Virus record (IMG/VR): IMGVR_UViG_3300031994_000081
Coordinates: 7,932-71,931 of that record
Origin: a virus
Lineage: Duplodnaviria; Caudoviricetes
DNA length: 64,000 nucleotides
Reading direction: 5' to 3' (one strand)
In this document: one piece after another, positions 11,926 through 23,138 of the stretch
Layout: each line of letters opens with the position of its first letter
Numbering within the stretch: the first letter of the stretch is position 1
Made by a program: the position numbers and the translations under genes
The notes under the pieces: generated by a model
Database searches by the model: none
Told to the model about the DNA's origin: nothing
The model's input: only the letters and a program-made list of their open reading frames with translations

Positions 11926-11964
11926 AAATAAGGGGAGATGGTATTAACCACCTCCCCTTATTTG
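11926..11964. terminator. Bidirectional intrinsic terminator
   Basis: ATAAGGGGAG/CTCCCCTTAT inverted repeat flanked by A- and T-rich tracts, between convergent genes. Confidence 0.85.
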
Positions 11965-11977
11965 TATGTATTAGTTA

Positions 11978-14900
11978 TTAGTAAGCTCTAGTGTAATACA
12001 GGATGCTATTATCCAAATCACCTATGAATTTATCTATCTGCTTATATTGGGCAGCTCCAGGTAAAGGAGACTTAATAAAGTTCTTCTCCAAAGTACTCAT
12101 CCCTTTATAAGGACCAGATGATATTTCATTTGCCCAATCATGTGGGTCTACTGCACTCTGTATAAGATTAACTCCATTCTGCAATATTGAAGTAGCAGGA
12201 ATAGGACTCTTTACAGTCTTGAGTAGCTCATTAGGCATAGTGAACTCAACTCCTATACCACCTTCCTTCTGAGGAACTATAAATGCAGGAGATAGACCTC
12301 CTACCTCATGTGCTAACCTCTTAGCACTATACTCAGCCATCTTGACTGCCCAAGGTCTCTTCTTGTCATCAGGCCATTCAATCCAGTTAGCCAATGCCCA
12401 TACTGCAAATACCTGTATCAGCTCAAACAAAGCTCTCTTCACATTTTGCTGTTCGGCTTCACTCATTTCATTCCAAGCAGCTGCTATTTGGAATCTGCCT
12501 CTAGTAAGTTCCTGAATGAATCTTCCCATAGTTCTGTAATATCCTTCTTCCCAAGACTCAGTGGCAGCATTGTAATGACCCTGCCTAAACCTAGCACTGT
12601 ATTGGACAGTCATCCACTTTCTGTATTGTTGTAGGAGTCTACCCATAGCTACTCTGTTTGCAGCATTGGCATCTTCATCATTGTAAATACCAAAGCACCT
12701 CTGGTTTACATGGTCTATTTGTCTCCTCATCTTGGAAATATCAAGGTCAGAACCATCCAATTCTTTAATATCCCTATAGTTAAGTTCTTTAACTCTATTG
12801 CTTCCAGGAACATCTTGAACCTGTAAAGCATCCCATAGTGACATTTGCTGGCCATTTAATAGCACTTGCTTTCTCTTAAGCATAGCAATGGCAGTTCTAC
12901 CATACAGCCAATGGTCTCCTAATTCCTGTCCTAGGAATGCTATATTGGAACCACAGATTCTCTTCAGCCAATTCCTAGTTTGTAGTCTCTGTGTTTTGCC
13001 CTCAAAGTTTTGTTTGACATTGAACAAATCAAAGACCAAACCTACCTTAGTAGTTTTATTCCTATTGTTAGCCTCGGCAGTCAGTTGTGCCAACTCTGCA
13101 AAGTAGCTCTTGTCTGCTGATGCAAGTTCCTTGACATTGAAGAATTGCCCTGCAACTGCCTCAATATTCTGCATACAAGTACCAGTAAGAACATTGGCTA
13201 TGTTAGCTAACCAGTTGAAACCCATCTGAGCTAATGAGGAGCCTCTCAGCACTGCACTTGCAAATTTGCCTTTGTTAATCTCATTACCAAATAAGTCAGT
13301 GAAAGTGCCTTCATCCTTTAGGTATCTGTGGTAAACATGAGACTCTAGGAAATCCTGTAACTTGGCTTCAATCTGAGTTCTATTCTTGAGAATATCCTTC
13401 TGATTTTCCATTCCCAATGCCTTGAGTTTCTCCACAACTTTCCTGCTACCTCTAGTTTCCTTAGTCTGCCTAATGTCAGTTACTATGGACTTACCAATTT
13501 CAAGGGCATCAACTACTTCATCAAGATGCCTATATTGTATAGAGGCATATCCATAGGCCATTAGAGAGCCTATGACATCAGTTGTAATCTCATTTGGATT
13601 CTTTAGTCTATTAGTATAGAGGATGGGCAAAGTGAGAAATTCTGCTCCAGTGAAGTCAGTCAGTCCTCTTCTATTAGTCTCACCAAATACCTGATTATCA
13701 TCTTCAGAATCTAAGAAAGTATTCTTTATGGATTCCTTTACATTTTCAAGCAATGTACTTGGAGAAGAAACACTCTCCCAAAATCTCTCTGCACCTGTCT
13801 TCCTCATTTGAATAGCCCTAAGATGGTCTACTCTGTTAGAAGGATAATTTCTATCACACTCTTCTTTGAGCTTAAGAAATTCATCTAGAATAGCTCTTTG
13901 GTTAGTAGTAAGATTCCTGAAAGCATCATTGGCATATACCAATGGGTTAGGTTGAGGGGCACCATAGATACTTACTGCATGAGCTGCCAACCACTGTTGT
14001 TTCTCAGCAATTTTCTGTTGTGCCTGTACTCCTGAAGGATTCTTGCCATACTTGGTATCTAGGGCATCAAGCATTTCCTTCAAGTCTTTCTGAAACTGTG
14101 CATGGTTAATGGCACTAATATAGTTACCACTCTTGTTACCTTCATTGTCAGTCTCAAACATCCAATCAAAGTCCTTAATACCCATAGATTCACATTTCTC
14201 TCTGAAAATATGAACCTTGTTTATGAAATCTATGGACTCAAGTCTTGTAGCATCATTAACTTCCTTGACCACAGAGTCAAATCCCTGCAATAGAATATCA
14301 GCAGAATCACCCATACTCTGCATCCATCTATCAAAGAAGCTAATATCAGACTGTGCTTCCTTTATCAGTTCATCAATAGTTATTTTAGTACCTGCTTTTC
14401 TACCAAAAGGCACAGTAAATTCTTCACCTATGAAGGGTTTAAGGAACTCAGTAAATGCAGGGATAGCTACTTTATTGAATCTCCTAGTGAGAGACTTGGA
14501 CATACTGTCAAGTTGCTCTATAATATCTTTTGTTGTGACTTTCTCACCATTAATATCGTATTCCTTGGTGAACATATTGTCTGCCTCATTCTCCTCATCT
14601 ATAATAGCATCGTGCATTTGGTCTATGAAATTATCATAGGATTGAATGTGCATCCTCACAGTCCTCAGGAATCCAAATAGTTGTTTGGGCTGCATAGTGT
14701 TAATAGCAGAGAATTGAGCCTCAAGATTTTTTAATTGGGACAATGCTGACTTAGCATAGTTAAGAATGCCTAGAGTAGTATCTTTACTTGGGTCCATATA
14801 CCCTTGTAACTCCATAATCTTGACTTCATGTGCTGTCTTGTTTGCAGGAGCAATCTTATATTTCTTTAGTTCAGTATCTATATTGCTCTTCAGGATTTCA

Positions 14901-15982
14901 ATATTCCTATCTATCCTGTCACTTAGAGCATTAAGTCTGACTTCTCTTTGTGCTCTTTCTACATCTTCTTGTGTTGGTTGTTTAGCTCCTGACAATATAT
15001 CCTTGCCTAAAATAGACATAGCACTATCCACCTCATTGATAATAGACTCAACCTCGGAGATATTTATGTCTTTGAACTTATTAATTAACAGACTATAAAG
15101 CCTATCAAATAATGATTTAGCAGGAGTCACAGTCTCCTTTGTGAGAGACAACAGATTATCTTGTAATATGTGACCTAAAGCTTCTTCTGCCACTAGAGAC
15201 ATATCATTATCATGGAACTGTAAGGTCTCATTATAATGGTCCTCTCCTAAGATAGTTTGCATTACCTCAGGGTGGTCTTGAAGGGCTTTAATAGCTCTTT
15301 GGGTTAAAGGTTCATTCAAATAGGCTCCTATAAGCAGATGAGAAAACTCCTCTGATATATGCCCGTCTCCCTCCATGTTGTTGGCTACCCTGATTACATT
15401 TGCTGTACTGGTGGCAATACCTCTGACTTTTGAGAAGTCTGTAACGCCAACCCTACCAGCATTTACTTCCGCCTGAGTTAAATCATTTACAGTGATACCT
15501 ATAGGCTCAAGGATTTCTGCCATCCTTTCATTGAGCCTCATAGCACCATACTGTTCACTGAATTGCTGAACACTCTCAGGTGTTTTATTGATAAAAGAGA
15601 GACCTATTTCTCCATCATCCTTGTATTCAACCACTGCAACAAAGTCATCTCTTTGAGGGTTACTCTTATTGAATGAGTATGCCTCTTGCAGTAGCTTGTG
15701 GTAGTTCTCTCTAGTATCCTGTAGAGAAGGATGTACCCTTTCTAGACCATTTCTCCTCTCTTCAAGACCAATGAAGCTCTTGATATTAGGATTGCTCATC
15801 AGAGATTCAAAAGAGGGAATACCCTCACTGTCTAGAGTGAGAGTATTCCTGTAATCTTGAATGAACTGAGGGTGAATAGCCCTCAAGAACACCTTTCTTG
15901 CTACTGGGTAATCATATTGTTTTCTGAGTTCCCTAAATAGGGACTCACCTTTACTTGGTACATAAGTGCAAAAAGTTGCCAT
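11978..15982 (-). CDS. Large RNAP-associated virion protein (1334 aa)
   Basis: Directly downstream of the RNAP gene. Contains a degenerate zincin-like EEFSH...EEALG segment. Confidence 0.55.
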   Translation of the reverse strand: MATFCTYVPSKGESLFRELRKQYDYPVARKVFLRAIHPQFIQDYRNTLTLDSEGIPSFESLMSNPNIKSFIGLEERRNGLERVHPSLQDTRENYHKLLQEAYSFNKSNPQRDDFVAVVEYKDDGEIGLSFINKTPESVQQFSEQYGAMRLNERMAEILEPIGITVNDLTQAEVNAGRVGVTDFSKVRGIATSTANVIRVANNMEGDGHISEEFSHLLIGAYLNEPLTQRAIKALQDHPEVMQTILGEDHYNETLQFHDNDMSLVAEEALGHILQDNLLSLTKETVTPAKSLFDRLYSLLINKFKDINISEVESIINEVDSAMSILGKDILSGAKQPTQEDVERAQREVRLNALSDRIDRNIEILKSNIDTELKKYKIAPANKTAHEVKIMELQGYMDPSKDTTLGILNYAKSALSQLKNLEAQFSAINTMQPKQLFGFLRTVRMHIQSYDNFIDQMHDAIIDEENEADNMFTKEYDINGEKVTTKDIIEQLDSMSKSLTRRFNKVAIPAFTEFLKPFIGEEFTVPFGRKAGTKITIDELIKEAQSDISFFDRWMQSMGDSADILLQGFDSVVKEVNDATRLESIDFINKVHIFREKCESMGIKDFDWMFETDNEGNKSGNYISAINHAQFQKDLKEMLDALDTKYGKNPSGVQAQQKIAEKQQWLAAHAVSIYGAPQPNPLVYANDAFRNLTTNQRAILDEFLKLKEECDRNYPSNRVDHLRAIQMRKTGAERFWESVSSPSTLLENVKESIKNTFLDSEDDNQVFGETNRRGLTDFTGAEFLTLPILYTNRLKNPNEITTDVIGSLMAYGYASIQYRHLDEVVDALEIGKSIVTDIRQTKETRGSRKVVEKLKALGMENQKDILKNRTQIEAKLQDFLESHVYHRYLKDEGTFTDLFGNEINKGKFASAVLRGSSLAQMGFNWLANIANVLTGTCMQNIEAVAGQFFNVKELASADKSYFAELAQLTAEANNRNKTTKVGLVFDLFNVKQNFEGKTQRLQTRNWLKRICGSNIAFLGQELGDHWLYGRTAIAMLKRKQVLLNGQQMSLWDALQVQDVPGSNRVKELNYRDIKELDGSDLDISKMRRQIDHVNQRCFGIYNDEDANAANRVAMGRLLQQYRKWMTVQYSARFRQGHYNAATESWEEGYYRTMGRFIQELTRGRFQIAAAWNEMSEAEQQNVKRALFELIQVFAVWALANWIEWPDDKKRPWAVKMAEYSAKRLAHEVGGLSPAFIVPQKEGGIGVEFTMPNELLKTVKSPIPATSILQNGVNLIQSAVDPHDWANEISSGPYKGMSTLEKNFIKSPLPGAAQYKQIDKFIGDLDNSILYYTRAY

Positions 15983-16011
15983 TTCTATTATTCTAAAGGT
16001 TACTTATACTA

Positions 16012-19000
16012 TTATTTCTTACACATAGGGTCTTGTAATTGTGCTTGGCTTGTAAACTCATCATATTGGCTAAAGTCAGCTAAGAAACTGTCATCACCAA
16101 AAGTATCAAACTGCATATCATACATCTCCTCATTTGACATTCCTTCAAATGGGTCTGCTACGACATCATTTGTAACAGGAGTTGCATCATAGTCAAGCAT
16201 TTCTGTAGCAGTCATGTTGGCATTGTATTTCTGTGTCTGAAATTCGGGTGCCTTGACATAGCATACATTATTATCACCATAGGAGGCCATTACATATAAC
16301 CCTGATTGGGCATTGGGGTTCTCTGTATTGATTGTAATATACTTAAAGTCATATTTTAGAGTATTGGAATTGAACACAAGCCTACTAGGTAGAAAAATCT
16401 GACCTTCGTTGTTCACTAGAATCTGCTCTCCCTCTTTGAGTGTAACCTTGTCAATGTTTATGACATTGGTGATAGCTAGGTCTCTTGCGTGATTTGCATA
16501 GAACTGAGGAAGAAACTCATCAAAGTAAGTACCTTTCCTCATTTCAACCTTCATGTTTCTTAAGGCAGTAACTACCTCAGGGAAGGAATTAATGAAGTTA
16601 GTACTGAAGAAACTTCCAAAGTTGTTAGGACCAAAGCTGAAGCCACTCTCATAGAAGGCATACATGAATAAATCCCTAGCCAATTCACGGGCTTCTGGAC
16701 CCATATATAACAAGGTATCCATGTCTCTCATCAGGGTGTCCTTAGCATTTTGTCTCATTCTAGCAGACCTTGCCAAGATTATCCTACCATTCTTTACCTC
16801 CATCTTCTGAAACAATCCTAGTTTCTTAATCTCAGGATTAGCTTCAAGTGCTTGGAGATACTTGACTGGGAACTCTTTCAGATAATAATCTCTTTTATCT
16901 TCAAAAGTCATGTTACCATCATCACCAAATAATTGGGTCTTAGTAAGACCAAATTGTACTAGGTCTTTATAGAATGTTTCTATTACTTTAGTACCTACTT
17001 TCTTATTATGTACTACGAAGTTTGGAGCAGTATCAAGGATAGTTTCCAATAAGTCATCACTATAAGCATTGATTTGCTGGAAGTAATTACCTATAAGGGA
17101 AGTTCCTAATTCTATACCTAGAGAATAGAAAGCTTGTAACATAGGCATCCTCTTGTTAAGAAACCTTGTTCTCATGCCTTCTTTACTAGTAGTAACATCT
17201 ACATATTGATATTGCATAGCATCTTCCAATCCTACAAAAGGAAACGTCTTACCTTTACTTTGGTCCATATATCTCTTGACAGCGGCTACCTGTAGCTTGG
17301 CACCTCCAATACTATTCATAATAGCACCATTAGGAGAGTCTGCCCTAGATATTTGGGTCAGTTCAGACAGAGTCTTGGAAAGCTTGATGATGTGCATCAT
17401 TAGATATGTAGCATCAATTACGTTCTGTTGCTGGGTTTCTGTATCACCTGCTATTACATTCCTCAGTAGTTCTTCACTTGTGTACTCATGCAGCAGATAT
17501 TCTTGAGAGAATGAAACTCCAGTATCCTTTTGATAACCTAGTGCATACTCTTCAAGAGTATCTAAGCTGCCTGTATCAAGAATACATCTTCTCACAAGAG
17601 GTTGTGCAAACATAAGACTTATTTCCTCAACACTCATTCCTGCTCTCAGCATGAAACCTGTTATGTTGGCAGTGCTAGTGTTTTGAAGCAGCTTTGCTAA
17701 CACAGGGTCTTTAACATTATCCACAGATGCTGCTGAGAATTGAGCACAATTGCTTGAAATTCTTTCACCTAAGCCTGAGATAGCGTCATGCAGGGATTGG
17801 ATTCTCCTACCATTAATAAAGAAATTCAGGTTATCTTTAATAGCTAGACTAGAGTGCTGATATTTAGCTTGCATGGTAGTATTATTTGCATACATACCAA
17901 TTAAAGCTCCACCAGTCATGTTCTGAGTATGGTTATAGCAGAAGGTGTCAATAGTTAATTGGCTCCTTGTAGTATTGTGTTTTTTCTTGTAGTCTTTCAG
18001 AAATTCATCTACCTTGTCCAATTGATTTTTCTTAGAAATATCTAGGAGTGTAGAAATAGTAAGTTCTAAATTGTCACCTAAATTAAAGTACTCTTGAAAT
18101 TCTGATAATACATCTTTATTAGTTATTATTTCTGTTATTCTTGCTTGCAGTTTAACTCTGTCAAAGTTACCAGGATTATGAATCTTTTCAGAGGTGTCCA
18201 CATTGGTTAAGATGCCATGAATAATATCAATAAGGAGATTATTCCTAGCAGCTCTTCCATTTTCTTGGACAGACTTTGTAGAATCATACCTTACTTTCTC
18301 TATCTGCTGAGTAGTGATTGCGTCTTTGACCTGCACATAGTAATCATATAAGTGCATTTCTGGAGAATTTTCGGAGAAGGCTATATTACCATTCTTGATT
18401 TCATCAATAGTAATATCAATGTTTCTCTCTCCCCATTCCTTGAAGGCTTTGTTTTGCATCACAAGCCTCTTGAAGGCATTCCAATGTACTCTGGGAATAT
18501 TTCTAAACTCAGGTATCATAAGGAACATCTTATCAATATCAAAGTCTGAGCCTGCTATCTGAGTAATATCAGCTGGCAGCATGATTGTAGAACCATTCTG
18601 TTGTGGCAAGAAGCCTTTTACAATAAGAGGAGCCATAGAATACTTGTCCTCAGTAGGAATACGATAACCTACAAGTTTATCAAGACCTGCTTTTTGAAGC
18701 TTCTGCACATCCAGTTCTTTGTAAGTTACCCCATTCTTGGTTTTACTAACCATGAAAGGCTCATAAAATTGTTTGCTGTATGCGGGAAGATAACATTCTA
18801 TGCCTGTGATTCTACCAGTTTTTGGGTCATGCCTCACCTGGAGTTCCTGTGTTTTACCAAAGTCAGATACAAGGATACAAGCTCCTCCTTTGATATGCTG
18901 TTTGGTAACAGCATTCTTGAACATAGAAGTAACCAGTTCCTGCAATTTGGCAGTGATATTGGGAGTATTAAGAGGCAGATTGAATACCTCCTCTTTCTCT

Positions 19001-22000
19001 CCTGTATAAGGATTAGTAATTTTTACAATCTGCAAGGCATTTACCATGTCCCTGCTAAACTTGACATTGCTCTTCACTTGATTAAGAAGAGCCTCTTGGA
19101 GTTTATGAATGTCAGTAAACCTTCCACTAACTCTAGAGTAGTCATCAAGCAGATTTTCCACTATGCAAGCCTGATACAAATTCAGTATCTGCTGTTTACC
19201 CAGTTTCTCACCATTAACCTCTATTTCAATGTCCTCTGGCAAGTCTGCAATAATGAGGTTCCTTAATTGGGAACCAAACACAGCCACTGTATCAAGCAAG
19301 TGTTCGGGTGTAGGTTGTTGGATAACATAATCTCTATAGGGGATTTCATGTACTACCTCAGGATTGGGTTCATGATTAATGAAAGCACTCTGATAAAGTG
19401 TATCATATACCTCTTGTTCAGTAAGTTCTAATTCTTCAAATCTCTTATTATATTCATCTTGAGTGATTTCTCCTTTGTCCAAGAGTCTGTCATTACCAGC
19501 CTTAAACTTTTCAAAATCAGAACTCCTATCAAATTTATTCTTCAGTTCAAGCCTTGCAGCTGTCAATACAGCGTTGGATTCCTGTACATGAGCTTGTTTC
19601 CATAATCTCAGAGCTTTATCAGAGTAGTTGATGTTAATCTTGCCTTGACCCCCTGCCTTAACAGCAGATTCAAATTGGATTACATCTATGTCATTTTCAG
19701 ACATGAATCTCTGTAATGCTATGAGCTTAGGAGAAGCCGAAGCACTGGAAATCATATTATATGCAGCTAATAGTAGAAATTCAGAGTTCTTGTTCTGATG
19801 AGGAACTTTCATCATGCCACCTAAGCCATTAGGCTTAGATAGCTGAGTGAAGACAAAAGGTTTAATAGTCTGCCAGATTGTATAGAAATCAGACATATCC
19901 CATTCTCCCTTTTCAAATCTCTGGAATGATTCCTCCATTTCATCAGTCCAAGCTCCCATCATATCTAGAATAGACCTCATAGCCTTAGGAGATACATAAG
20001 CTTGAGCATCTGCAACATTAACATTCTTGAATTTATCAAGGATATTGTCTCTGTCAAAGCTTTGTATATGTCCTAATTCTACTGCTCTATCCAGTGATTT
20101 CTTGATATGTGTATATTCACCTGAAGTTATTATTTGGTCCTTCAGATATAGTGTTTTCCTTGTTTCTTTACCATATTTAGATAAGGTGTTTAATTTGGTG
20201 CCTGCTGCATAGACTTCTTTGTATCTCTTTTGGAAATCAACATCATCTTTGTAGAAGGCTAAGTCAGTAGTGGTAAGCTCAATGATTTGAGTAGTAGCAT
20301 AGGCTTGATTCCAAAAGTATTCTTCCAAAGCCTTTTGAGTTGCAACTTTAATTTCAGCATCATCAGCTCCATTGATAATACCAGATGCCTTAAGGTTGCT
20401 ACCTATTAAAGCTATAGGAGCATTTGCTAAAAACTCCCCATATAGCATATCCAAGATTGTCTCCACCTTCTCATCAATCCAAGAGTTTAGCTCCTCTCCA
20501 TGCAGAGATAAAGCTTCTTCTCTGAGATTGCCAGAATTTAATTCTGGGAAGAAATGGAACCTATCACCATTATTATCAAAGTTTTGAATAGAGGCAACAT
20601 GATTTGCTCTCCTCTGTTCCACAAGTTTGATTCTATCAATCTCCTGCTTTACAACTTCTCTAAACAGGGGTAACAGTTTCTTCTTGTAGTCTCCAGTATA
20701 TCTCACTCCTTTAATGAACTTGACAACTGGGGAATCTGAGAAGATAGGCATATTGTACCAAGCATACTGATGTTGTGCCTTCTCATTGATTGGAACAGCA
20801 AAGTATTCCGTAACAAAAGCATACTTAATATCATTAGCTCTCCAATTAGTGTACTCTTTACCATTCAGGCTGATAAGTTCCTTGGAAGCTAGCTGGAACC
20901 TCACATTCTCATCTTCTGCTAACAGTCTCAGCCACTCACTTCTCCATTTACCATCCTTCTTGAACCATTCATACTTGCCAAATTCATCTTCTAGGAATTG
21001 ATTTCTCTTAGTCTCATCCTCATAGTTGAATCTTTTCAGTAAGCTCTCAATATAGTTAGGAGCAGAGTAGCTATATCTAGTCTTGCTATCTTGTCTGAAA
21101 GAAGCAATGTTGTCTAACTCATCTACTATACCTATCTTTGAAGCTATGTTCTTATAGCTTTCTTGGAAATGGTCTAACAGATTAGTTTCACTGGATACTT
21201 TATCTAATCCTTGGAAGATAAACCTTGCAGAATTGAGTACTGATTCTATGTCTTGGATTCCATTAGTACTCTTAAGAAGGCTACTGATAACATTCTTATT
21301 AGTATCTACCCCTATCATCCTAAGGACTTTGGTAGCCTTAGTAGTAATCTCATCATAGTCATCTTCATCAAAGTCTCTAAGTAAACTCAGTGTATCATCA
21401 GCGAGATTAACACCAGTGATACCTTTTTCTGCACTGATGTTGCCATTCTGTTTGTAGATACTATCTACATCAAGAATAGTACCTTGCTCATAGTTGGCTT
21501 CAATTCTATTGAAACTACTCTCAGTTGCGGTGTTCTGATTGAGATAATGAGTTACAGTATAGGTGTTGCCTTTCTTATCAGTATACTGATACTGGTGGGA
21601 ATAAGGAATGAAATCTTTCCTCAAGTCAGCATAGAAACTACCTACAAGATTAGGATTAGCTTCCAATTCTGCTATGACCTGTGAAATCCAAGGATACCTA
21701 GCTTGTGCTTTCTCTAATACGGGGAATGAATAATTCTCATTCTCATCCTTAACATTGAAATCCTCTACATCCACTATAGAAGACATAACATTAAGTAATG
21801 CAGTATGAGCATACTCTGAGTTCAAATATCTCACATTTCCTAGGTCATCCACCTCAGGATTACCATCAGCATCTACTCTGACAATATTGGACAGTATTCT
21901 CTTTACATTTTTAGAGAGACTGGTATATGGGTCTACAAATCTTACTTGGAAATTCCAACCATCATTACCTGTAACTCTGGCACCGTCTTCATCATCCCCG

Positions 22001-22740
22001 AATTCCTGCTCTTCTGTATCCTCATCCTGAGCAGCTTGCATAATAGTACCCCCAGTTACTACCTCTGTAGTGCCATCATTAGTATGATAGGTGTGTTTAT
22101 CAGGGATTACCCTAATATTCTCCACACCTTCAACAATGGTACAAGCATTTTCGAGCAGAGCATCAAAGTTATTTACCAATTTTTGGTACTCAGCTTTGAT
22201 GTATTCACCATTACCATACTGGTCATTAAGAGCCTCTATAGACATATCAGCATAAGACTGAAAAGAGTTTCTCATTTCTTTGAATATGCCCTGTACAGTA
22301 ACTTCTTGGATAATAGCTTGTCTGCCCTTATCAGAGTTGAATAATTGTAAATCTTCCTTAATATCTTCTATCTGAGCTTGATTGTTTTGCAGAGTTGCCT
22401 CCTCCAAGGCAGCATTCAGCCCATCTATTCTTTCTTCTACCTTTCTAGACACAATGTCTGAGAACATTCTAGCAATAGCTACTGCTCTATCCTGTTGCTG
22501 TCTAGGTGTATAGTCTCTAGCGAGGGCTGCAAAGTTATCATTTTGGTTTACTTGCACCCCACTAACTTGTGGCCTTCTCTCACTAAAGAATTTTTGTATC
22601 TCTTCCTTAGTGGGTTCCTCCATACTCTGTTTTCTAGTTTGAATAATGCTAATTGCATTAGTTACTATCTTAACAGGTCTGCCTAATTCATTTGCTATCT
22701 TTTCAATAGCAGGTGTTGGTATTGCACAAAATGGCTTCAT
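16012..22740 (-). CDS. Virion-packaged DNA-dependent RNA polymerase (crAss-like two-barrel type)
   Basis: Catalytic AGSDFDIDK motif preceded by GYRIPTEDKYSM, in a ~2240-aa ORF. The start is moved to ATG 22740 (MKPFCA) because the TTG at 22764 lies within the promoter. Confidence 0.9.
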   Translation of the reverse strand: MKPFCAIPTPAIEKIANELGRPVKIVTNAISIIQTRKQSMEEPTKEEIQKFFSERRPQVSGVQVNQNDNFAALARDYTPRQQQDRAVAIARMFSDIVSRKVEERIDGLNAALEEATLQNNQAQIEDIKEDLQLFNSDKGRQAIIQEVTVQGIFKEMRNSFQSYADMSIEALNDQYGNGEYIKAEYQKLVNNFDALLENACTIVEGVENIRVIPDKHTYHTNDGTTEVVTGGTIMQAAQDEDTEEQEFGDDEDGARVTGNDGWNFQVRFVDPYTSLSKNVKRILSNIVRVDADGNPEVDDLGNVRYLNSEYAHTALLNVMSSIVDVEDFNVKDENENYSFPVLEKAQARYPWISQVIAELEANPNLVGSFYADLRKDFIPYSHQYQYTDKKGNTYTVTHYLNQNTATESSFNRIEANYEQGTILDVDSIYKQNGNISAEKGITGVNLADDTLSLLRDFDEDDYDEITTKATKVLRMIGVDTNKNVISSLLKSTNGIQDIESVLNSARFIFQGLDKVSSETNLLDHFQESYKNIASKIGIVDELDNIASFRQDSKTRYSYSAPNYIESLLKRFNYEDETKRNQFLEDEFGKYEWFKKDGKWRSEWLRLLAEDENVRFQLASKELISLNGKEYTNWRANDIKYAFVTEYFAVPINEKAQHQYAWYNMPIFSDSPVVKFIKGVRYTGDYKKKLLPLFREVVKQEIDRIKLVEQRRANHVASIQNFDNNGDRFHFFPELNSGNLREEALSLHGEELNSWIDEKVETILDMLYGEFLANAPIALIGSNLKASGIINGADDAEIKVATQKALEEYFWNQAYATTQIIELTTTDLAFYKDDVDFQKRYKEVYAAGTKLNTLSKYGKETRKTLYLKDQIITSGEYTHIKKSLDRAVELGHIQSFDRDNILDKFKNVNVADAQAYVSPKAMRSILDMMGAWTDEMEESFQRFEKGEWDMSDFYTIWQTIKPFVFTQLSKPNGLGGMMKVPHQNKNSEFLLLAAYNMISSASASPKLIALQRFMSENDIDVIQFESAVKAGGQGKININYSDKALRLWKQAHVQESNAVLTAARLELKNKFDRSSDFEKFKAGNDRLLDKGEITQDEYNKRFEELELTEQEVYDTLYQSAFINHEPNPEVVHEIPYRDYVIQQPTPEHLLDTVAVFGSQLRNLIIADLPEDIEIEVNGEKLGKQQILNLYQACIVENLLDDYSRVSGRFTDIHKLQEALLNQVKSNVKFSRDMVNALQIVKITNPYTGEKEEVFNLPLNTPNITAKLQELVTSMFKNAVTKQHIKGGACILVSDFGKTQELQVRHDPKTGRITGIECYLPAYSKQFYEPFMVSKTKNGVTYKELDVQKLQKAGLDKLVGYRIPTEDKYSMAPLIVKGFLPQQNGSTIMLPADITQIAGSDFDIDKMFLMIPEFRNIPRVHWNAFKRLVMQNKAFKEWGERNIDITIDEIKNGNIAFSENSPEMHLYDYYVQVKDAITTQQIEKVRYDSTKSVQENGRAARNNLLIDIIHGILTNVDTSEKIHNPGNFDRVKLQARITEIITNKDVLSEFQEYFNLGDNLELTISTLLDISKKNQLDKVDEFLKDYKKKHNTTRSQLTIDTFCYNHTQNMTGGALIGMYANNTTMQAKYQHSSLAIKDNLNFFINGRRIQSLHDAISGLGERISSNCAQFSAASVDNVKDPVLAKLLQNTSTANITGFMLRAGMSVEEISLMFAQPLVRRCILDTGSLDTLEEYALGYQKDTGVSFSQEYLLHEYTSEELLRNVIAGDTETQQQNVIDATYLMMHIIKLSKTLSELTQISRADSPNGAIMNSIGGAKLQVAAVKRYMDQSKGKTFPFVGLEDAMQYQYVDVTTSKEGMRTRFLNKRMPMLQAFYSLGIELGTSLIGNYFQQINAYSDDLLETILDTAPNFVVHNKKVGTKVIETFYKDLVQFGLTKTQLFGDDGNMTFEDKRDYYLKEFPVKYLQALEANPEIKKLGLFQKMEVKNGRIILARSARMRQNAKDTLMRDMDTLLYMGPEARELARDLFMYAFYESGFSFGPNNFGSFFSTNFINSFPEVVTALRNMKVEMRKGTYFDEFLPQFYANHARDLAITNVINIDKVTLKEGEQILVNNEGQIFLPSRLVFNSNTLKYDFKYITINTENPNAQSGLYVMASYGDNNVCYVKAPEFQTQKYNANMTATEMLDYDATPVTNDVVADPFEGMSNEEMYDMQFDTFGDDSFLADFSQYDEFTSQAQLQDPMCKK

Positions 22741-22761
22741 ATCATTATCTAATTTTGGTTG

Positions 22762-22792
22762 CAAAGATAAGAAATTTTCTTGACATACACAA
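22762..22792 (-). promoter_or_regulatory. Bacteroidota housekeeping-sigma promoter for the RNAP gene
   Basis: TATCTTTG (-7 element, consensus TAnnTTTG) with TTG 20 nt upstream. Confidence 0.75.
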
Positions 22793-22842
22793 GAAAATAA
22801 TCATAAAATTTTGGTTGCTTAATAATTTTAGTTACGCGGGAA

Positions 22843-22888
22843 GAAAAAATAAGGGAGACACTAATATTTCTATCAGTATCTCCCTTAT
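22843..22888 (-). terminator. Intrinsic terminator upstream of the RNAP promoter
   Basis: TAAGGGAGATAC...GTGTCTCCCTTA hairpin followed by TTTTTTCTT. Confidence 0.8.
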
Positions 22889-22925
22889 GGTCTTGAAGAG
22901 CCATTAATAGCTCAGGATAATTTCA

Positions 22926-23138
22926 TCACTTTCCAAGACCAACAACAACTTTTACTTCACTCTTGTCCTTGTTCCAATAGAGTGAGCCAAAGAGTAGGCT
23001 GTGCCAATTGTCATTGTTATGATGCCACTCTTCAGCCATATTGTTTTGAAACTCTTCTCCCATATTAAAGAACACCATCTTGGCTGCTCTTCTTCTGGTA
23101 ATAGGACTAAGATTGTTCCAGTCTTTTCTTGTAATCAT
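22926..23138 (-). CDS. Hypothetical protein
   Basis: ORF coupled to the upstream gene and followed by a terminator. Confidence 0.6.
   Translation of the reverse strand: MITRKDWNNLSPITRRRAAKMVFFNMGEEFQNNMAEEWHHNNDNWHSLLFGSLYWNKDKSEVKVVVGLGK

Noticed and set aside
11904-11978. The convergent orientation of RNAP versus structural genes as a novelty
   Set aside because: A strand switch near the RNAP/cargo genes is, to my knowledge, a known crAss-like layout.
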